A DNA stretch of 64,000 nucleotides from an uncultured Clostridia bacterium (GTDB lineage: Bacteria; Bacillota; Clostridia; Christensenellales; UBA1242), in NCBI GenBank assembly GCA_944345705.1, contig CALVML010000001.1:34871-98870 (forward strand). The letters run 5' to 3'. This document shows, piece by piece, positions 41,043-51,849 of the stretch (the stretch's first letter is position 1; each line of letters begins with the position of its first letter). The notes below the pieces were generated by a model. That model saw nothing but the letters and a program-made list of their open reading frames with translations, had not been told where the DNA came from and did no database searches. Made by a program: the position numbers and the translations under genes.

Positions 41043-41495
41043 TTAACCTAGCATATCACTTAAAGTAACAACACAACTACTAGCTAGAGTGGTAGTTGGA
41101 AAAATAAGCATTACAGTATCATCACCATATACTGCACCCATAAGTTCATTGATATTTAATTTATCGACGAATGAAGCAATACTGCCTCCAAGTCCCTTCA
41201 TTGTTTTGATAACAACAAGATTCATTGCTACTTTAACAGAGATTACGGATTCCTTAAATATTGTTATGTACTTATTTGAAATGACTTGTTCATCCGATCC
41301 AACAAAACAATATTTATACTTACCAGAACTTGATAAAATTTTTGTAAGACCAAGCTCTTTGATATCTCTTGAAATAGTCGCTTGTGTGATATCAAAGTTT
41401 GCATTTCGGAGCTCTCTTGCAAGTTCATCTTGCGTTTCAATTTCTTTTGTAGAGATAAGTTCCAATATTTTAGATTGTCGTGCGCTTCTAGCCAT
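41043..41495 (-). CDS. argR: Arginine repressor
   Basis: TQATISRDIKEL and GDDT motifs. Confidence 0.96.
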   Translation of the reverse strand: MARSARQSKILELISTKEIETQDELARELRNANFDITQATISRDIKELGLTKILSSSGKYKYCFVGSDEQVISNKYITIFKESVISVKVAMNLVVIKTMKGLGGSIASFVDKLNINELMGAVYGDDTVMLIFPTTTLASSCVVTLSDMLG

Positions 41496-41545
41496 ACATT
41501 CTCCTTAAATCGCTTAATCGCCCATTTTTAAAGGGAAATAGCGAT

Positions 41546-41641
41546 TGTGAATATTTATGAATTTATATATATTCACTCATTTTTGATTATTATACAACAT
41601 TTTTTATAATTATGCAAGAGATTTATGCATAAATATTCATC
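41546..41641. promoter_or_regulatory. ARG boxes upstream of argR
   Basis: TGTGAATATTTATGAATT (41546-41563) and TATGCATAAATATTCATC (41624-41641) match the TGMAT-wwww-ATKCA consensus. Confidence 0.65.
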
Positions 41642-41891
41642 AATTTTTCATATATATTTTGAAATATGCAAATTTATAAATTTGTAATCTATAAATACAC
41701 GCTTTTATGCATATTGCGATTTTAAAACAATTGAAAATAAAAAACTATCTCAACATTTGAAGTAAACACAAAGATTATGTAATACTTTAAATCATGACAT
41801 AAAAAAAGACTGAAGGCTCACTCTCTCCTTTCAGTCTTGTCTATAATCATCAAATTAAAAACTTATAAAATGAAAACACTCTATCTCAGTA

Positions 41892-43058
41892 TTATTGTTT
41901 AGGTTTTACTATTTCTACTACTTCTTCTTTTTCTAAACAATCATCTACTAAATCTTCAATATTCAAATACCCTTCCTCTTTTTCAACTTTACTTGCCACT
42001 GGTTTTATCACAGGATTTTTAGGTAAGAAAACAGTACAACAATCTTCATAAGGCAAGATTGAAATGTCGTAGGTGTCAATATCTCTAGCGACTTTCATAA
42101 TCTCTTCTTTATCCATTGCTATACAAGGTCTGAAGACAGGTCTGTTTGCCATAGCACCAGTGACCGCCATACTCTGCATTGTCTGAGAAGCTACTTGCCC
42201 TAAACTTTCTCCTGTTATAATACAACCTAAATCATATTTATCACAAAGTCTTGACGCAACTCTCATCATAATTCTTCTCATGATTGTAATCATATATTCT
42301 GGTCTGCATCTTTTATGAATTTCCTCTTGCACTTGTGTAAACGAAATTATGTGAAGTTTTATATTATCTACATATTCACACAATTTTTCAGCAAGTGAAA
42401 GTACTTTTTCTTTTGCTTCAACTGAGGTATAAGGATAACTATGGAAATGCAAAGCTTCAAGTCTTAGTCCACGCTTTGCAATTAGATATCCAGCTACAGG
42501 GCTATCAATTCCACCTGATAAAAGTAGAAGCCCCTTTCCTGCACTTCCAAGCGGAAGTCCACCCTGACATTTGATTTCATCTACATAGATATATGCTTTG
42601 CCATTAAGCCTTATATCCACCTTTATTTCAATTTGCGGATTATAAAGATCGACTGATGCAGTCTTATAATTATCTAGCACAACTCCGCCTAAAATCTTCG
42701 CACATTCCATTGACGGAATTGGAAACCTTTTATCAGCTCGTTTTACACTTACTTTAAAACTTTTACCTTCGCAATCTATTGTTCTTACAATGCCTTCGAT
42801 CGCATCTCTATCAGCATCAACTTCTTTTGCGAGACTTAAACTATAAAGTCCAAAAACCTTCTTTAATTCACCGACAATATCATCTTCCAAAGAAGCTTGA
42901 TAATCTGAAATTACATATCTACCGAAAGTCTTTTCAAACTTGAAATCATAAGATGAAAGTTTGGTTTTTATATTGCTAATAAGCATACTTTCAAAAATAT
43001 GCCTGTTGTCGCCCTTTAAAAATAATTCGCCAAATCTTAGTAATATAACATTTCTCAT
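41892..43058 (-). CDS. thiI: tRNA 4-thiouridine(8) synthase ThiI
   Basis: GELFLKG.NR, LLSGGIDSPVA, TGESLGQVASQT, EDCC. Confidence 0.96.
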   Translation of the reverse strand: MRNVILLRFGELFLKGDNRHIFESMLISNIKTKLSSYDFKFEKTFGRYVISDYQASLEDDIVGELKKVFGLYSLSLAKEVDADRDAIEGIVRTIDCEGKSFKVSVKRADKRFPIPSMECAKILGGVVLDNYKTASVDLYNPQIEIKVDIRLNGKAYIYVDEIKCQGGLPLGSAGKGLLLLSGGIDSPVAGYLIAKRGLRLEALHFHSYPYTSVEAKEKVLSLAEKLCEYVDNIKLHIISFTQVQEEIHKRCRPEYMITIMRRIMMRVASRLCDKYDLGCIITGESLGQVASQTMQSMAVTGAMANRPVFRPCIAMDKEEIMKVARDIDTYDISILPYEDCCTVFLPKNPVIKPVASKVEKEEGYLNIEDLVDDCLEKEEVVEIVKPKQ

Positions 43059-44173
43059 TTTACTTTCTCCCAAATTTCTCGATAAGTTTGTAAGATAGTC
43101 TTACCTGCTTTTTCAATATCCTGTAATTGCAAATCTTCACTAAAGGATATTCTTATATGACTTTTAACCCTTTCCTTATCATAGCCAAGACTTTCAAGCA
43201 CTCTATTACCCGCTTTCTTTGCAGAACATGCACTACCTATTCCTACAATAACTCCTTTATCCTGTAAAGCACGCATTAATGTTTCGCCATTAACTCCTTT
43301 AAAGCCCACACTTAGTATATAAGGACTTTCAGTTTGCAAGATCTCTACATTTTCATCACTTTCTAATATGTCTGTCATCTTCTTACTTAGCGAGCAGACA
43401 TACTCAAAATTTTTATCAATATCAATTTTCTTGACAGCATCTAACATTGACATAATTCCAGCCACATTCTCAGTGCCAGACCTAAAACCATTCTCTTGCC
43501 CGCCACCAAAAACTATATTTTTAAGAGAGCTAGGATTTCTCACATATAACGCGCCTACTCCTTTTGGCCCATGGAATTTATGTGCACTTATGGTATAGAA
43601 GTCAATATTATATTTATCAACATTTACATTTACCTTGCAAAATGCTTGTACTCCATCTACATGAAAAAGCGCGTTTGGCGCATTTTTTTTACGAAGCATA
43701 TCTATTTTTGCCAAATCATTGATAGCGCCTGTTTCATTGCTGATGTGCATAACAGAAATCAGTCTAGTCTTTTCGTTTAAGACTTTCTCTAATTTTTGAT
43801 AGTCCACTTGACCATCATGCCTTAAATCTATAAAATGGACAATGTGACCTTGATTTTTTAATTCTTTCGCAACATTATATACACTTGGATGTTCACCAAC
43901 TGAAAATACATATTCATATTTTCCATTACGCATACTTCCACGTATAGCCAAATTATTGCTTTCAGTAGCTCCACCTGTAAAGATAATCGTTCCCTTTTTT
44001 GCTCCCAACTTTTTAAGCAATAAATTGCGAACTTCATTCAACTGCTTTGCTATATCAAGACCTGCTTGATAACTAGCAGATGGATTGAAAAAACGATTGA
44101 CGGCATACTCATTGTAAACCCTCACCGCTTCCTCATACATTCTAGTTGTCGCTGCATTATCAAGATATATCAT
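43055..44173 (-). CDS. iscS: Cysteine desulfurase (IscS/NifZ-like)
   Basis: YLDNAATT, SAHKFHGPKG, GSACS; paired with thiI. Confidence 0.92.
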   Translation of the reverse strand: MIYLDNAATTRMYEEAVRVYNEYAVNRFFNPSASYQAGLDIAKQLNEVRNLLLKKLGAKKGTIIFTGGATESNNLAIRGSMRNGKYEYVFSVGEHPSVYNVAKELKNQGHIVHFIDLRHDGQVDYQKLEKVLNEKTRLISVMHISNETGAINDLAKIDMLRKKNAPNALFHVDGVQAFCKVNVNVDKYNIDFYTISAHKFHGPKGVGALYVRNPSSLKNIVFGGGQENGFRSGTENVAGIMSMLDAVKKIDIDKNFEYVCSLSKKMTDILESDENVEILQTESPYILSVGFKGVNGETLMRALQDKGVIVGIGSACSAKKAGNRVLESLGYDKERVKSHIRISFSEDLQLQDIEKAGKTILQTYREIWEKVK

Positions 44174-46569
44174 CTCAAGGTTGCTCCAAATTTATAGCTT
44201 AAAGTCTTAAGCACTTTATTTATAACTTTTGACACTTCTTCGTCTGTCAAAGTTTTATTCATGTCGGATAGTTTGATATTATATGCCATACTTTTCTTGT
44301 TTTCGCCTATCGCATCGCTACGATAAACATCAAATAGTTTTGCATCATAATACAAATTTCCACAGGCAGATTTTATAGATTTCATTAAATCTTCATTTGT
44401 AATTTGACTATCGACTACCACAGCAAGATCACGCTCAACTATAGGATACTTAGATATCGACTTCATTGTAATTTTCTTTTCACTATATTTTAAAAGATAG
44501 TCATCATCAAGTTCTGCATAATAGATATCCTTTGGCAAATCATAGTTTTTAGCAACCTGCGGATGAATTTTACCAAAACTTCCAACCTTAGTGTTGCCAT
44601 CCATGATATCCGCTGATACTCCAGGATGCAAGAAAGGTTCGCTTGAACGAATTATATGATAATCAAGCCCTGTCTTTAAAAGCAGATCTTCAACAATACC
44701 CTTTAAATGATAGAAATCAAAGCCACTTTCATAAACCGCAAGAGCTATCATATTCTTTTCAGTTGGCAATTGCTTTAAAGGTAACTCATCGGTTAGATAT
44801 ACCCTTCCACATTCAAATATCCTTATCTCTTTATTTCCAACTCTTAAGTTGCTTTCGATGTTGGATAGCATTGAATGAGCAAGTGACGTTCTCATAACAG
44901 ATATATCTTCTGTAATAGGATTTGCAATTCGTATTACATTTTGTCTTATATCTTCAAGCCTAAGTTTTTGTACAAATGATGGATTTACAAGAGTGTATGA
45001 AATATTTTCATAGAAGCCATGTTCCACAAGAGCATTTCTAAATTTTCGCTCCATAGCAAGTCTAGGATGATGATGTCCTTCGGTGACTTTAGAGTTTTCG
45101 AAAAGAGTATAATCGATCTTATCGTATACATCATATCCATATAGCCTAATCACTTCTTCAGCAATATCATAATCATTTTCAAGATCAATTCTATATGGCG
45201 GTATTCTGCACTGCATCTTATCGCCATAGAGTTTTGTTTCTATTCCTAAATCATTTAAAATTCTCAGCATATCCTTAGTTGGAATTTCTACGCCAAGGAT
45301 ATCATTGATGAGTTTTACTGAAACAACAATATCTCTATAGTCATTTTTCTCTTGCGCGATATCAATCGATCCACGAACAACCTTTCCGCACTTAAGTTTG
45401 CTTACAAGATGTAAAGCACGCTCCATACCAAGTTTTGCATTTGCAATATTTACACCCTTTGCATAACGCGCTGAAGAATCGGTATTTACGCCTATTTTCC
45501 TTGAAGTTGTTCTAATATTTTTAACATCAAAAACCGCACTTTCTAAGATTGAAATTTTTGTGTTATCATTTATAGAACAGTCTGTTCCTCCTATTACTCC
45601 AGCAATGACCATAGGCTCATTTTCGTTTGCAATAACCATTATACTTTCATCAAGATTATAAGAGTTATGATTTAATGCATCTATTTTTTCGCCAATTTTA
45701 GCTTGTCTTACGATGATCTTATTGCCTTTGATATTCTCTTGATCAAAAGCATGCATAGGCTGTCCAATTTCAATTAGAACATAGTTTGTTATATCAACCA
45801 TAGTATTGATAGGCTTTATTCCTACCGCATTAAGCCTTGCTCTCATCCAAAGTGGCGATCTTTCCACCTTCACATCTGTGACTGCACAAGCCATATATCT
45901 TTGGCAATTTGGCGTTTGAACTTCAACATTTACATAGTCACGAACGGTATCTTTGGCATATACATCGATATCATAACTTAAATTAAGTTTTTTCATCTCA
46001 AGTCCAAATAATGCACAAACCTCTCGTGCAAGTCCTATCACACTCAAACAATCAGCTCTATTAGGTGTCACTCCTACATCAAATACAACATCATCCAGCA
46101 TAAGAGCTTTTTCTATAGGCTCGCCAACTTTCATGTCACTTGGCAAAATCAAGATGCCATTTACACCAGCACCTTCAAAATAGTTTTCATCTATTCCAAG
46201 TTCTTCGCCAGAGCAGAACATGCCATAACTTTCAACACCACGCATTTTAGTTGGAGAGATATTAACGCCGTTTATTAAGCTAGCTCCCGGCAAACTAACA
46301 GGAATAACCGCGCCTTCAAACACATTTGTGGCAGCTGTTAAAATCTGTACAATCTTTTCTCCAATATCCACTTGACAAACAACAAGCCTGTCTGCCTGTG
46401 GATGTTTTTCAATTTTTAAAATCTTTCCTACAACTACATCATGTAAATATTTGTTTTGGTAAACAATTTCTTCAACTTCAAAACCACTTGCAGTTAATTT
46501 TTGCGCTATCTGTTCAGGAGTTGCAGTTATATTAACGAAATCTTTTAGCCAATTATATGTTATCTTCAT
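44170..46569 (-). CDS. pheT: Phenylalanine--tRNA ligase beta subunit
   Basis: TPNRADCLS, VDITNYV..E.GQPMHAFD, EEVIRLYGY. Confidence 0.98.
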   Translation of the reverse strand: MKITYNWLKDFVNITATPEQIAQKLTASGFEVEEIVYQNKYLHDVVVGKILKIEKHPQADRLVVCQVDIGEKIVQILTAATNVFEGAVIPVSLPGASLINGVNISPTKMRGVESYGMFCSGEELGIDENYFEGAGVNGILILPSDMKVGEPIEKALMLDDVVFDVGVTPNRADCLSVIGLAREVCALFGLEMKKLNLSYDIDVYAKDTVRDYVNVEVQTPNCQRYMACAVTDVKVERSPLWMRARLNAVGIKPINTMVDITNYVLIEIGQPMHAFDQENIKGNKIIVRQAKIGEKIDALNHNSYNLDESIMVIANENEPMVIAGVIGGTDCSINDNTKISILESAVFDVKNIRTTSRKIGVNTDSSARYAKGVNIANAKLGMERALHLVSKLKCGKVVRGSIDIAQEKNDYRDIVVSVKLINDILGVEIPTKDMLRILNDLGIETKLYGDKMQCRIPPYRIDLENDYDIAEEVIRLYGYDVYDKIDYTLFENSKVTEGHHHPRLAMERKFRNALVEHGFYENISYTLVNPSFVQKLRLEDIRQNVIRIANPITEDISVMRTSLAHSMLSNIESNLRVGNKEIRIFECGRVYLTDELPLKQLPTEKNMIALAVYESGFDFYHLKGIVEDLLLKTGLDYHIIRSSEPFLHPGVSADIMDGNTKVGSFGKIHPQVAKNYDLPKDIYYAELDDDYLLKYSEKKITMKSISKYPIVERDLAVVVDSQITNEDLMKSIKSACGNLYYDAKLFDVYRSDAIGENKKSMAYNIKLSDMNKTLTDEEVSKVINKVLKTLSYKFGATLR

Positions 46570-47597
46570 TATTTTTTCTCTCCTTTCATTTGCTGTAAAA
46601 ATCTAATATCGTTTTTAAATAGGCTTCGAATATTGCTTATGCCATTCAAAAGCATTCCCGCTCTATCAAGCCCAAAACCAAAGGCGAATCCGCGATATTT
46701 CTTACTATCTATACCAGACATTTCAAGTACCTTTGGATTGACAACTCCCGCGCCAAGAAGCTCAAGCATTCCAGTACCTTTGCAAATATTGCAACCTTTT
46801 CCATGACAAGTAGGACAGGAAAGATCTACTTCAATACTTGGCTCAGTAAAAGGAAAGAATGAAGGTCTAAAACGAATATAGGTATCCTCACCATAAAGCC
46901 TTTTCATAAGCGTACTAAGCATTGCTTTTAAGTCTGCCATAGAAATATTTTCATCAACAACCAAGCCTTCAAGCTGATGAAAGACAGGACTATGTGTTGC
47001 ATCACTATCATTTCTATAGGTCTTTCCAGGACAGACAATCTTGAATGGCGGTTTTCGCACTTCCATTTCTCTTGCTTGCACTGCAGAAGTTTGAGAACGC
47101 AAAAGAATTTCATCGGTAATAAAGAAAGTGTCTTGCATATCTCTTGACGGATGATTTTTAGGAATATTCATTGCTTCAAAATTGTAATAATCAGTTTCAA
47201 TCTCAGGTCCTTCAACAACCGAAAATCCCATATCAACACATATGTCAGTCAATTTATCGATAATATCACTCGTTGGATGTAAAGCACCTATTTTAATGTC
47301 TTTACTAGGCTCTGTAATATCAATCTTTTCACTTTCCAAACTCTTTTCAAGTTCAGCGTTTTCAATCTCTTGTTCTTTCTTAGCGAACGCCTCCTCAAGT
47401 AATGATCTTGTTTGATTTATAAGCTGACCTATCTCCTTTCTATTTTCACTTGGCACATCACGCATACCTTTTGAAAGGTTTGTAATCAGTCCATTTTTTC
47501 CAAAGACCTTAACTCTTAACTCGTTTAATTCTTTTCTTGATGCCTTTTCTAGCTCTTGCAATACTTCTTGCTCTAATTTGATAAGCTGTTCTTTCAC
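46569..47597 (-). CDS. pheS: Phenylalanine--tRNA ligase alpha subunit
   Basis: HPSRDMQDTF, FRPSFFPFTEPS, GFAFGFGLDR. Confidence 0.98.
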   Translation of the reverse strand: MKEQLIKLEQEVLQELEKASRKELNELRVKVFGKNGLITNLSKGMRDVPSENRKEIGQLINQTRSLLEEAFAKKEQEIENAELEKSLESEKIDITEPSKDIKIGALHPTSDIIDKLTDICVDMGFSVVEGPEIETDYYNFEAMNIPKNHPSRDMQDTFFITDEILLRSQTSAVQAREMEVRKPPFKIVCPGKTYRNDSDATHSPVFHQLEGLVVDENISMADLKAMLSTLMKRLYGEDTYIRFRPSFFPFTEPSIEVDLSCPTCHGKGCNICKGTGMLELLGAGVVNPKVLEMSGIDSKKYRGFAFGFGLDRAGMLLNGISNIRSLFKNDIRFLQQMKGEKK

Positions 47598-47805
47598 TAT
47601 CCTTTCTCCTTTTATAACAATATTTTTTCTTCAATTTACCACAGTTTTATTTGCTAAAAATTCTCTTAGTTTGTAATAATTCTTTAAGTCAATGAAAGAT
47701 TAGATAATATTAATGATTTGACATTTTTTGCAACTCTGAATTATCAAAATCAGCTACAAATTACGCTAAACCATCAAATACAAAATAGGACATTTTAAGC
47801 AAACA

Positions 47806-48185
47806 AAAAAAGCTCTCTTCTTCTTTAGGACGAAAGAGAACTTCGTGGTACCACCTAAATTTAATTGACTAAAAAAGTCAATCCTTAATTATCCAATTTA
47901 CGCAGGGAACGGCGAGAACTAATAATAGTATAATTTAAACTTTATTTTTAAAGTCCACTACCTATTTTATAAATCAATTTTGTCAGCAAGATTTTAACAA
48001 AAATTTCTTTTAGTTTATACGAATGCCTTGATTTTTAAAAATAAGCCTTGTTTAAGTTTACTACTTTCGCAATCGCAACTAGAAAGCGAATTCATTGACT
48101 CTATTATATTCATCTTTCAGCTTAAAATGAACTCTCTGTGATAAATCAAATCAATTACTACTCTTTCATCATAGTCTTTATCGCG
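47806..48185 (-). promoter_or_regulatory. T-box riboswitch (Phe, UUC specifier)
   Basis: Minus strand: ACAGAGAG and AGCTGAAA stem I motifs, GAA-TTC specifier, AATTTAGGTGGTACCACG T-box, terminator ending AGAGAGC-T run. Confidence 0.92.
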
Positions 48186-48273
48186 AATTATTATATCAAA
48201 ATATAAATTTTATGTCAACCAAATATTAGAGCATTATTTGACTTATTTTATAAAAAAGAATATAATTCTAAAC

Positions 48274-49134
48274 ATGAAAAAATATGATTTTATCATAACT
48301 AAAGACTACGAAAGCATCTACTTCTTTTTGAAGGAAGCAGGATTTTCAGAAAACTTTATAAAAAATTTGCGAAAGAAAGAAGGATTTTTAAAAATAAACA
48401 ACGAAATAGTCTTTATGAATCATCCATTAAAAAAAGATGATGTTTTATCTATAGTAGGCAATCCTAATACAAGTACAAGTATTATGCATTGCATACTACC
48501 ACTAGATATAGTATATGAAGATGATTATTATCTTTTACTCAATAAACCTAGCGGACTATCTTCAATGCCAAATAAATCACATTACACCCACAATCTTGCA
48601 GGAGCAATATGTCATTATTTTCATGATGACGAATTTACTTTAAGAATTGCCAATAGGCTTGACAAAGATACGGCAGGACTTTTGCTTGTTGCAAAGGATA
48701 GTATTGCATTAAATGCTCTTAAGGACTTTAAAAAGATTTATCATGCTATATGCTGCGGCGAAATCGATAAAGATTTAGTTGTAGATAAGCCTATACTTAC
48801 TATAACAGAAAATGGCGTTAATCAAAATAAACGAGTACTTTCTCATCTCGGCAAGAGAGCAACCACCTTTGTTCATCCTATAAAGACAAATGGTAAATAT
48901 ACATTAATAGAACTAAAGTTAATAAATGGTAGAACTCATCAAATAAGAGTTCACCTATCTTCTATAGATCATCCACTTTTAGGAGATTGCTTATATGGCT
49001 CTCCTTCAAATCTTATTGATCATACTACTTTGCTTTGTAAAAAGATAAGTTTTTATCATCCATTCTTAAATCAAACACTGACCTTTGATATAGATTATCC
49101 AGACGATTTTAAAGCACTTTTAAATGAACTTTAG
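48274..49134 (+). CDS. RluA-family pseudouridine synthase
   Basis: NKPSGL, RLDKDTAG, GRTHQIRVH. Confidence 0.93.
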   Translation: MKKYDFIITKDYESIYFFLKEAGFSENFIKNLRKKEGFLKINNEIVFMNHPLKKDDVLSIVGNPNTSTSIMHCILPLDIVYEDDYYLLLNKPSGLSSMPNKSHYTHNLAGAICHYFHDDEFTLRIANRLDKDTAGLLLVAKDSIALNALKDFKKIYHAICCGEIDKDLVVDKPILTITENGVNQNKRVLSHLGKRATTFVHPIKTNGKYTLIELKLINGRTHQIRVHLSSIDHPLLGDCLYGSPSNLIDHTTLLCKKISFYHPFLNQTLTFDIDYPDDFKALLNEL

Positions 49135-49318
49135 ATTTTCAATAATTGATGGTCTTATAAAAATAATCTTTTATATAAAAAATGGCGGAAAAGCTACAAC
49201 CGCTATTTTTTTCGTTAAATTCTCATAAAAAACCACGAGTTTTAAAGATCACTTTAAAAGTATTTAACTTTTAAATCATTTTACTCGTGGATATTTTTAA
49301 ATTTACAATTCTGATTAA

Positions 49319-49816
49319 TTATTCGTCATCATCGTCATAATCATAGTCGTCATCATCATCGTCATCAATGTCTTCGTCATCATCAAAATCATCATCGTCA
49401 TCAATGTCAGACATTTCTTCATCATCATCGCTAAAATCTACATCCGCATCTTCTTCGTCGCCGAATTCCATATCGGCAGTAAGTTCATCATCAAGCAATG
49501 TTGAATCTGCTAGATCATCAACTCCACTCATATCATCATCGTCGATCATGTCGTCACTATCATCGACCATATAGTCATTCCAATCATCGTTATCTTCGCC
49601 ATCTTCATTGTGATGTTCTTTTAAACAACTCGCACACATAATCTCGTCTTGTTGGATATAGTTTGTCTTACAAATTGGACAAAGCTCAAGATCGATATCA
49701 TCTTCAAGATCCTTCTTTGCTTCCATTTCAGCTTTGCACACTGAACAATATTTATCTTTTTTTTGAATATAGTTAAGTTCGCATCTAGGACATCTAATAT
49801 AGACAGGTTTTTTCAT
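49319..49816 (-). CDS. Hypothetical protein: two CxxC-x11-CxxC zinc fingers plus very acidic tail
   Basis: CPRC..CSVC and CPIC..CASC, then ~95 D/E-rich residues; SD AAGGAG. Confidence 0.8.
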   Translation of the reverse strand: MKKPVYIRCPRCELNYIQKKDKYCSVCKAEMEAKKDLEDDIDLELCPICKTNYIQQDEIMCASCLKEHHNEDGEDNDDWNDYMVDDSDDMIDDDDMSGVDDLADSTLLDDELTADMEFGDEEDADVDFSDDDEEMSDIDDDDDFDDDEDIDDDDDDDYDYDDDDE

Positions 49817-49908
49817 TTTTGTTCTCCTTTATGTCTTTAATATCTTTACACATTATACATACTCTTATTACAAAAGTCTATCAATTTTTTAATTTTTTTT
49901 CATTTTTT

Positions 49909-50535
49909 TTAATTTGCTTTTAAGCTTTCTTCCGCTTGACTTTTTCGCATATACATAGGCACGAGTTCATTCACATCAACATAGCTATTTTCTCGCTCTT
50001 TTCTTCTCGCAAGTTCTAGTAATAACTGTGGTGACAATGTTATCCTTTCCTTTGCTATATTTTCTTCTACTACCCCTACAGTAAGCTCTTTAATCTTATC
50101 ATATTCTTCTTTTGAAATCATTTTCTCGCTATCAATTTGCTTACCATCTTTGTCGAATTTACAAATAAATACTCTATTACTCAAAGCGTCAATTGCGCAA
50201 TAAAAATCTTTATCTATTATATTGTTTTTTATGTAGTTATATGCTATTAATTCAAATGAAGTTATAGGAAGAATTTTAAATTTATCATTCCCCGCAATAA
50301 AACCCTTAACTAGCGATATTCCAATTCTAATTCCAGTAAAAGATCCAGGGCCGACCACAACCGCAAAACAATCATTGTCATTTATGTTTTTACCTATATT
50401 TTGAAGGCATTTATCTACACATGGCAAAACATTTTCAGAATGTTTACAATTTGCAGGTAAAGTGCAAAAATCTTGTTTTCCATCAATATCTACGCAAATC
50501 AAAGCTTCCTTGAAAGATGAACATAATGCAATCAT
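49909..50535 (-). CDS. tsaB: tRNA t6A biosynthesis protein TsaB
   Basis: GPGSFTGIRIG and P.Y.RKSQAE. Confidence 0.93.
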   Translation of the reverse strand: MIALCSSFKEALICVDIDGKQDFCTLPANCKHSENVLPCVDKCLQNIGKNINDNDCFAVVVGPGSFTGIRIGISLVKGFIAGNDKFKILPITSFELIAYNYIKNNIIDKDFYCAIDALSNRVFICKFDKDGKQIDSEKMISKEEYDKIKELTVGVVEENIAKERITLSPQLLLELARRKERENSYVDVNELVPMYMRKSQAEESLKAN

Positions 50536-50975
50536 AAAACTTCGCTCCCAACTATTATCTTTCTCTTATTCTCATCGAGTTTTTCAATATTAACATTTAT
50601 GTGTGGACAATTTATAAGCCCCTGTACATTTTCTGGCCATTCCACGATAGATATACCATCGAGAGATTTTAAATCAAAATATTCTTCAAAGCCAAGTTCG
50701 TTTGCCTCTTCTAGACTAGAGAGCCTATACATATCAAAATGATATATAGGATATTTACCACCTTGATAGATATTTAATAAAGTAAAAGTAGGGCTTGTAA
50801 CCGTCCCATCAAAACCTAATCCTTTAGCAAAACCCTTGACAAAATGTGTCTTTCCTGCACCTAAATCACCTGTTAAGGTAATTACTACACCCTTGCCAAC
50901 AGTTAGTGCCATTTTTTCGCCTACAAGCATTGTCTGCATTTCTGAATTTGTTTCTACTGAAAATAATTGTTTCAT
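50532..50975 (-). CDS. tsaE: tRNA t6A biosynthesis ATPase TsaE
   Basis: GDLGAGKT, VTSPTF, HFDMYRL, VEW; start moved to MKQLFS after AAGGA. Confidence 0.95.
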   Translation of the reverse strand: MKQLFSVETNSEMQTMLVGEKMALTVGKGVVITLTGDLGAGKTHFVKGFAKGLGFDGTVTSPTFTLLNIYQGGKYPIYHFDMYRLSSLEEANELGFEEYFDLKSLDGISIVEWPENVQGLINCPHINVNIEKLDENKRKIIVGSEVL

Positions 50976-51139
50976 ATTATATCCTTTGTTCGAATTTTTA
51001 TTTTGAAAGAGTAAAAAGTTTAAGTTAAAATAGAATTTCTTGTTAAAAAACAATCAATAGTTTTTAAGTGTTATAGTAACATCATTCTATTTTTTGTATA
51101 GTATTCATCTCGTTTTAATCTTGAAAGTACAAATTAATC

Positions 51140-51694
51140 TTATTTTTGGTATTGTTCTTTCTTGCTTTTCTTTTGGTTGTAATTATACAACAATATCGCG
51201 ATAATTGCAAGCAAAATACCCTCTATCGCTCCAGCAATTGTATCGGTTAAGAAATGAACTCCGAGTACTAAGCGAGAAAGCATAATTGTTCCTAAAATAA
51301 GTACCAAAAAAATTCCACATAGGGTTTTTGTTAACTTGCTTGAATGACTTTTTATATTGATATAGAATAGAAAGGTTACAAATAAGCCTGCACTCATGCT
51401 ATGACCTGATGGCATGCTATATCCATCTTCATTGCCATAATTGACTATGTCAGGATAAAGTTCAAAAGGTCTAGATCTTGCTATAATAATTTTTAAAATG
51501 TAGTTGATTACACTTGCACAAATAAATGTAAGAACAAAAACAAGAGACAATTTTTTATCATTAAAAAATAAAATTGCAAATGTAATAAAAGCGCCAAGGA
51601 GTCCACCTAGTAATGTAACTGCTTGAAAAAAGGATATAAAACCGACACCTGTATTAAGTTGCAAAAATCTTATAATTTGCGCTTCAAATAACAT
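51140..51694 (-). CDS. PAP2 family membrane phosphatase
   Basis: K....RSRP, PSGH, SRLVLGVHFLTD. Confidence 0.92.
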   Translation of the reverse strand: MLFEAQIIRFLQLNTGVGFISFFQAVTLLGGLLGAFITFAILFFNDKKLSLVFVLTFICASVINYILKIIIARSRPFELYPDIVNYGNEDGYSMPSGHSMSAGLFVTFLFYINIKSHSSKLTKTLCGIFLVLILGTIMLSRLVLGVHFLTDTIAGAIEGILLAIIAILLYNYNQKKSKKEQYQK

Positions 51695-51849
51695 ACTTTT
51701 ATATTGTAACAAATTTAATAAAAAAAACCAACTTATTTTAATATCTGTTGGTTTTTAGTGAAATTTCTGTCGAATTTAATCTTTTTTTAAGAATGTTTTC
51801 TTCTCATGCAATAAGAAAAATAGGACGGAATTGATTTTTTATTACTCAC

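Noticed and set aside
49368-49574. TCA/TCG trinucleotide repeat
   Set aside because: Reverse complement of the poly-Asp codons of 49319-49816
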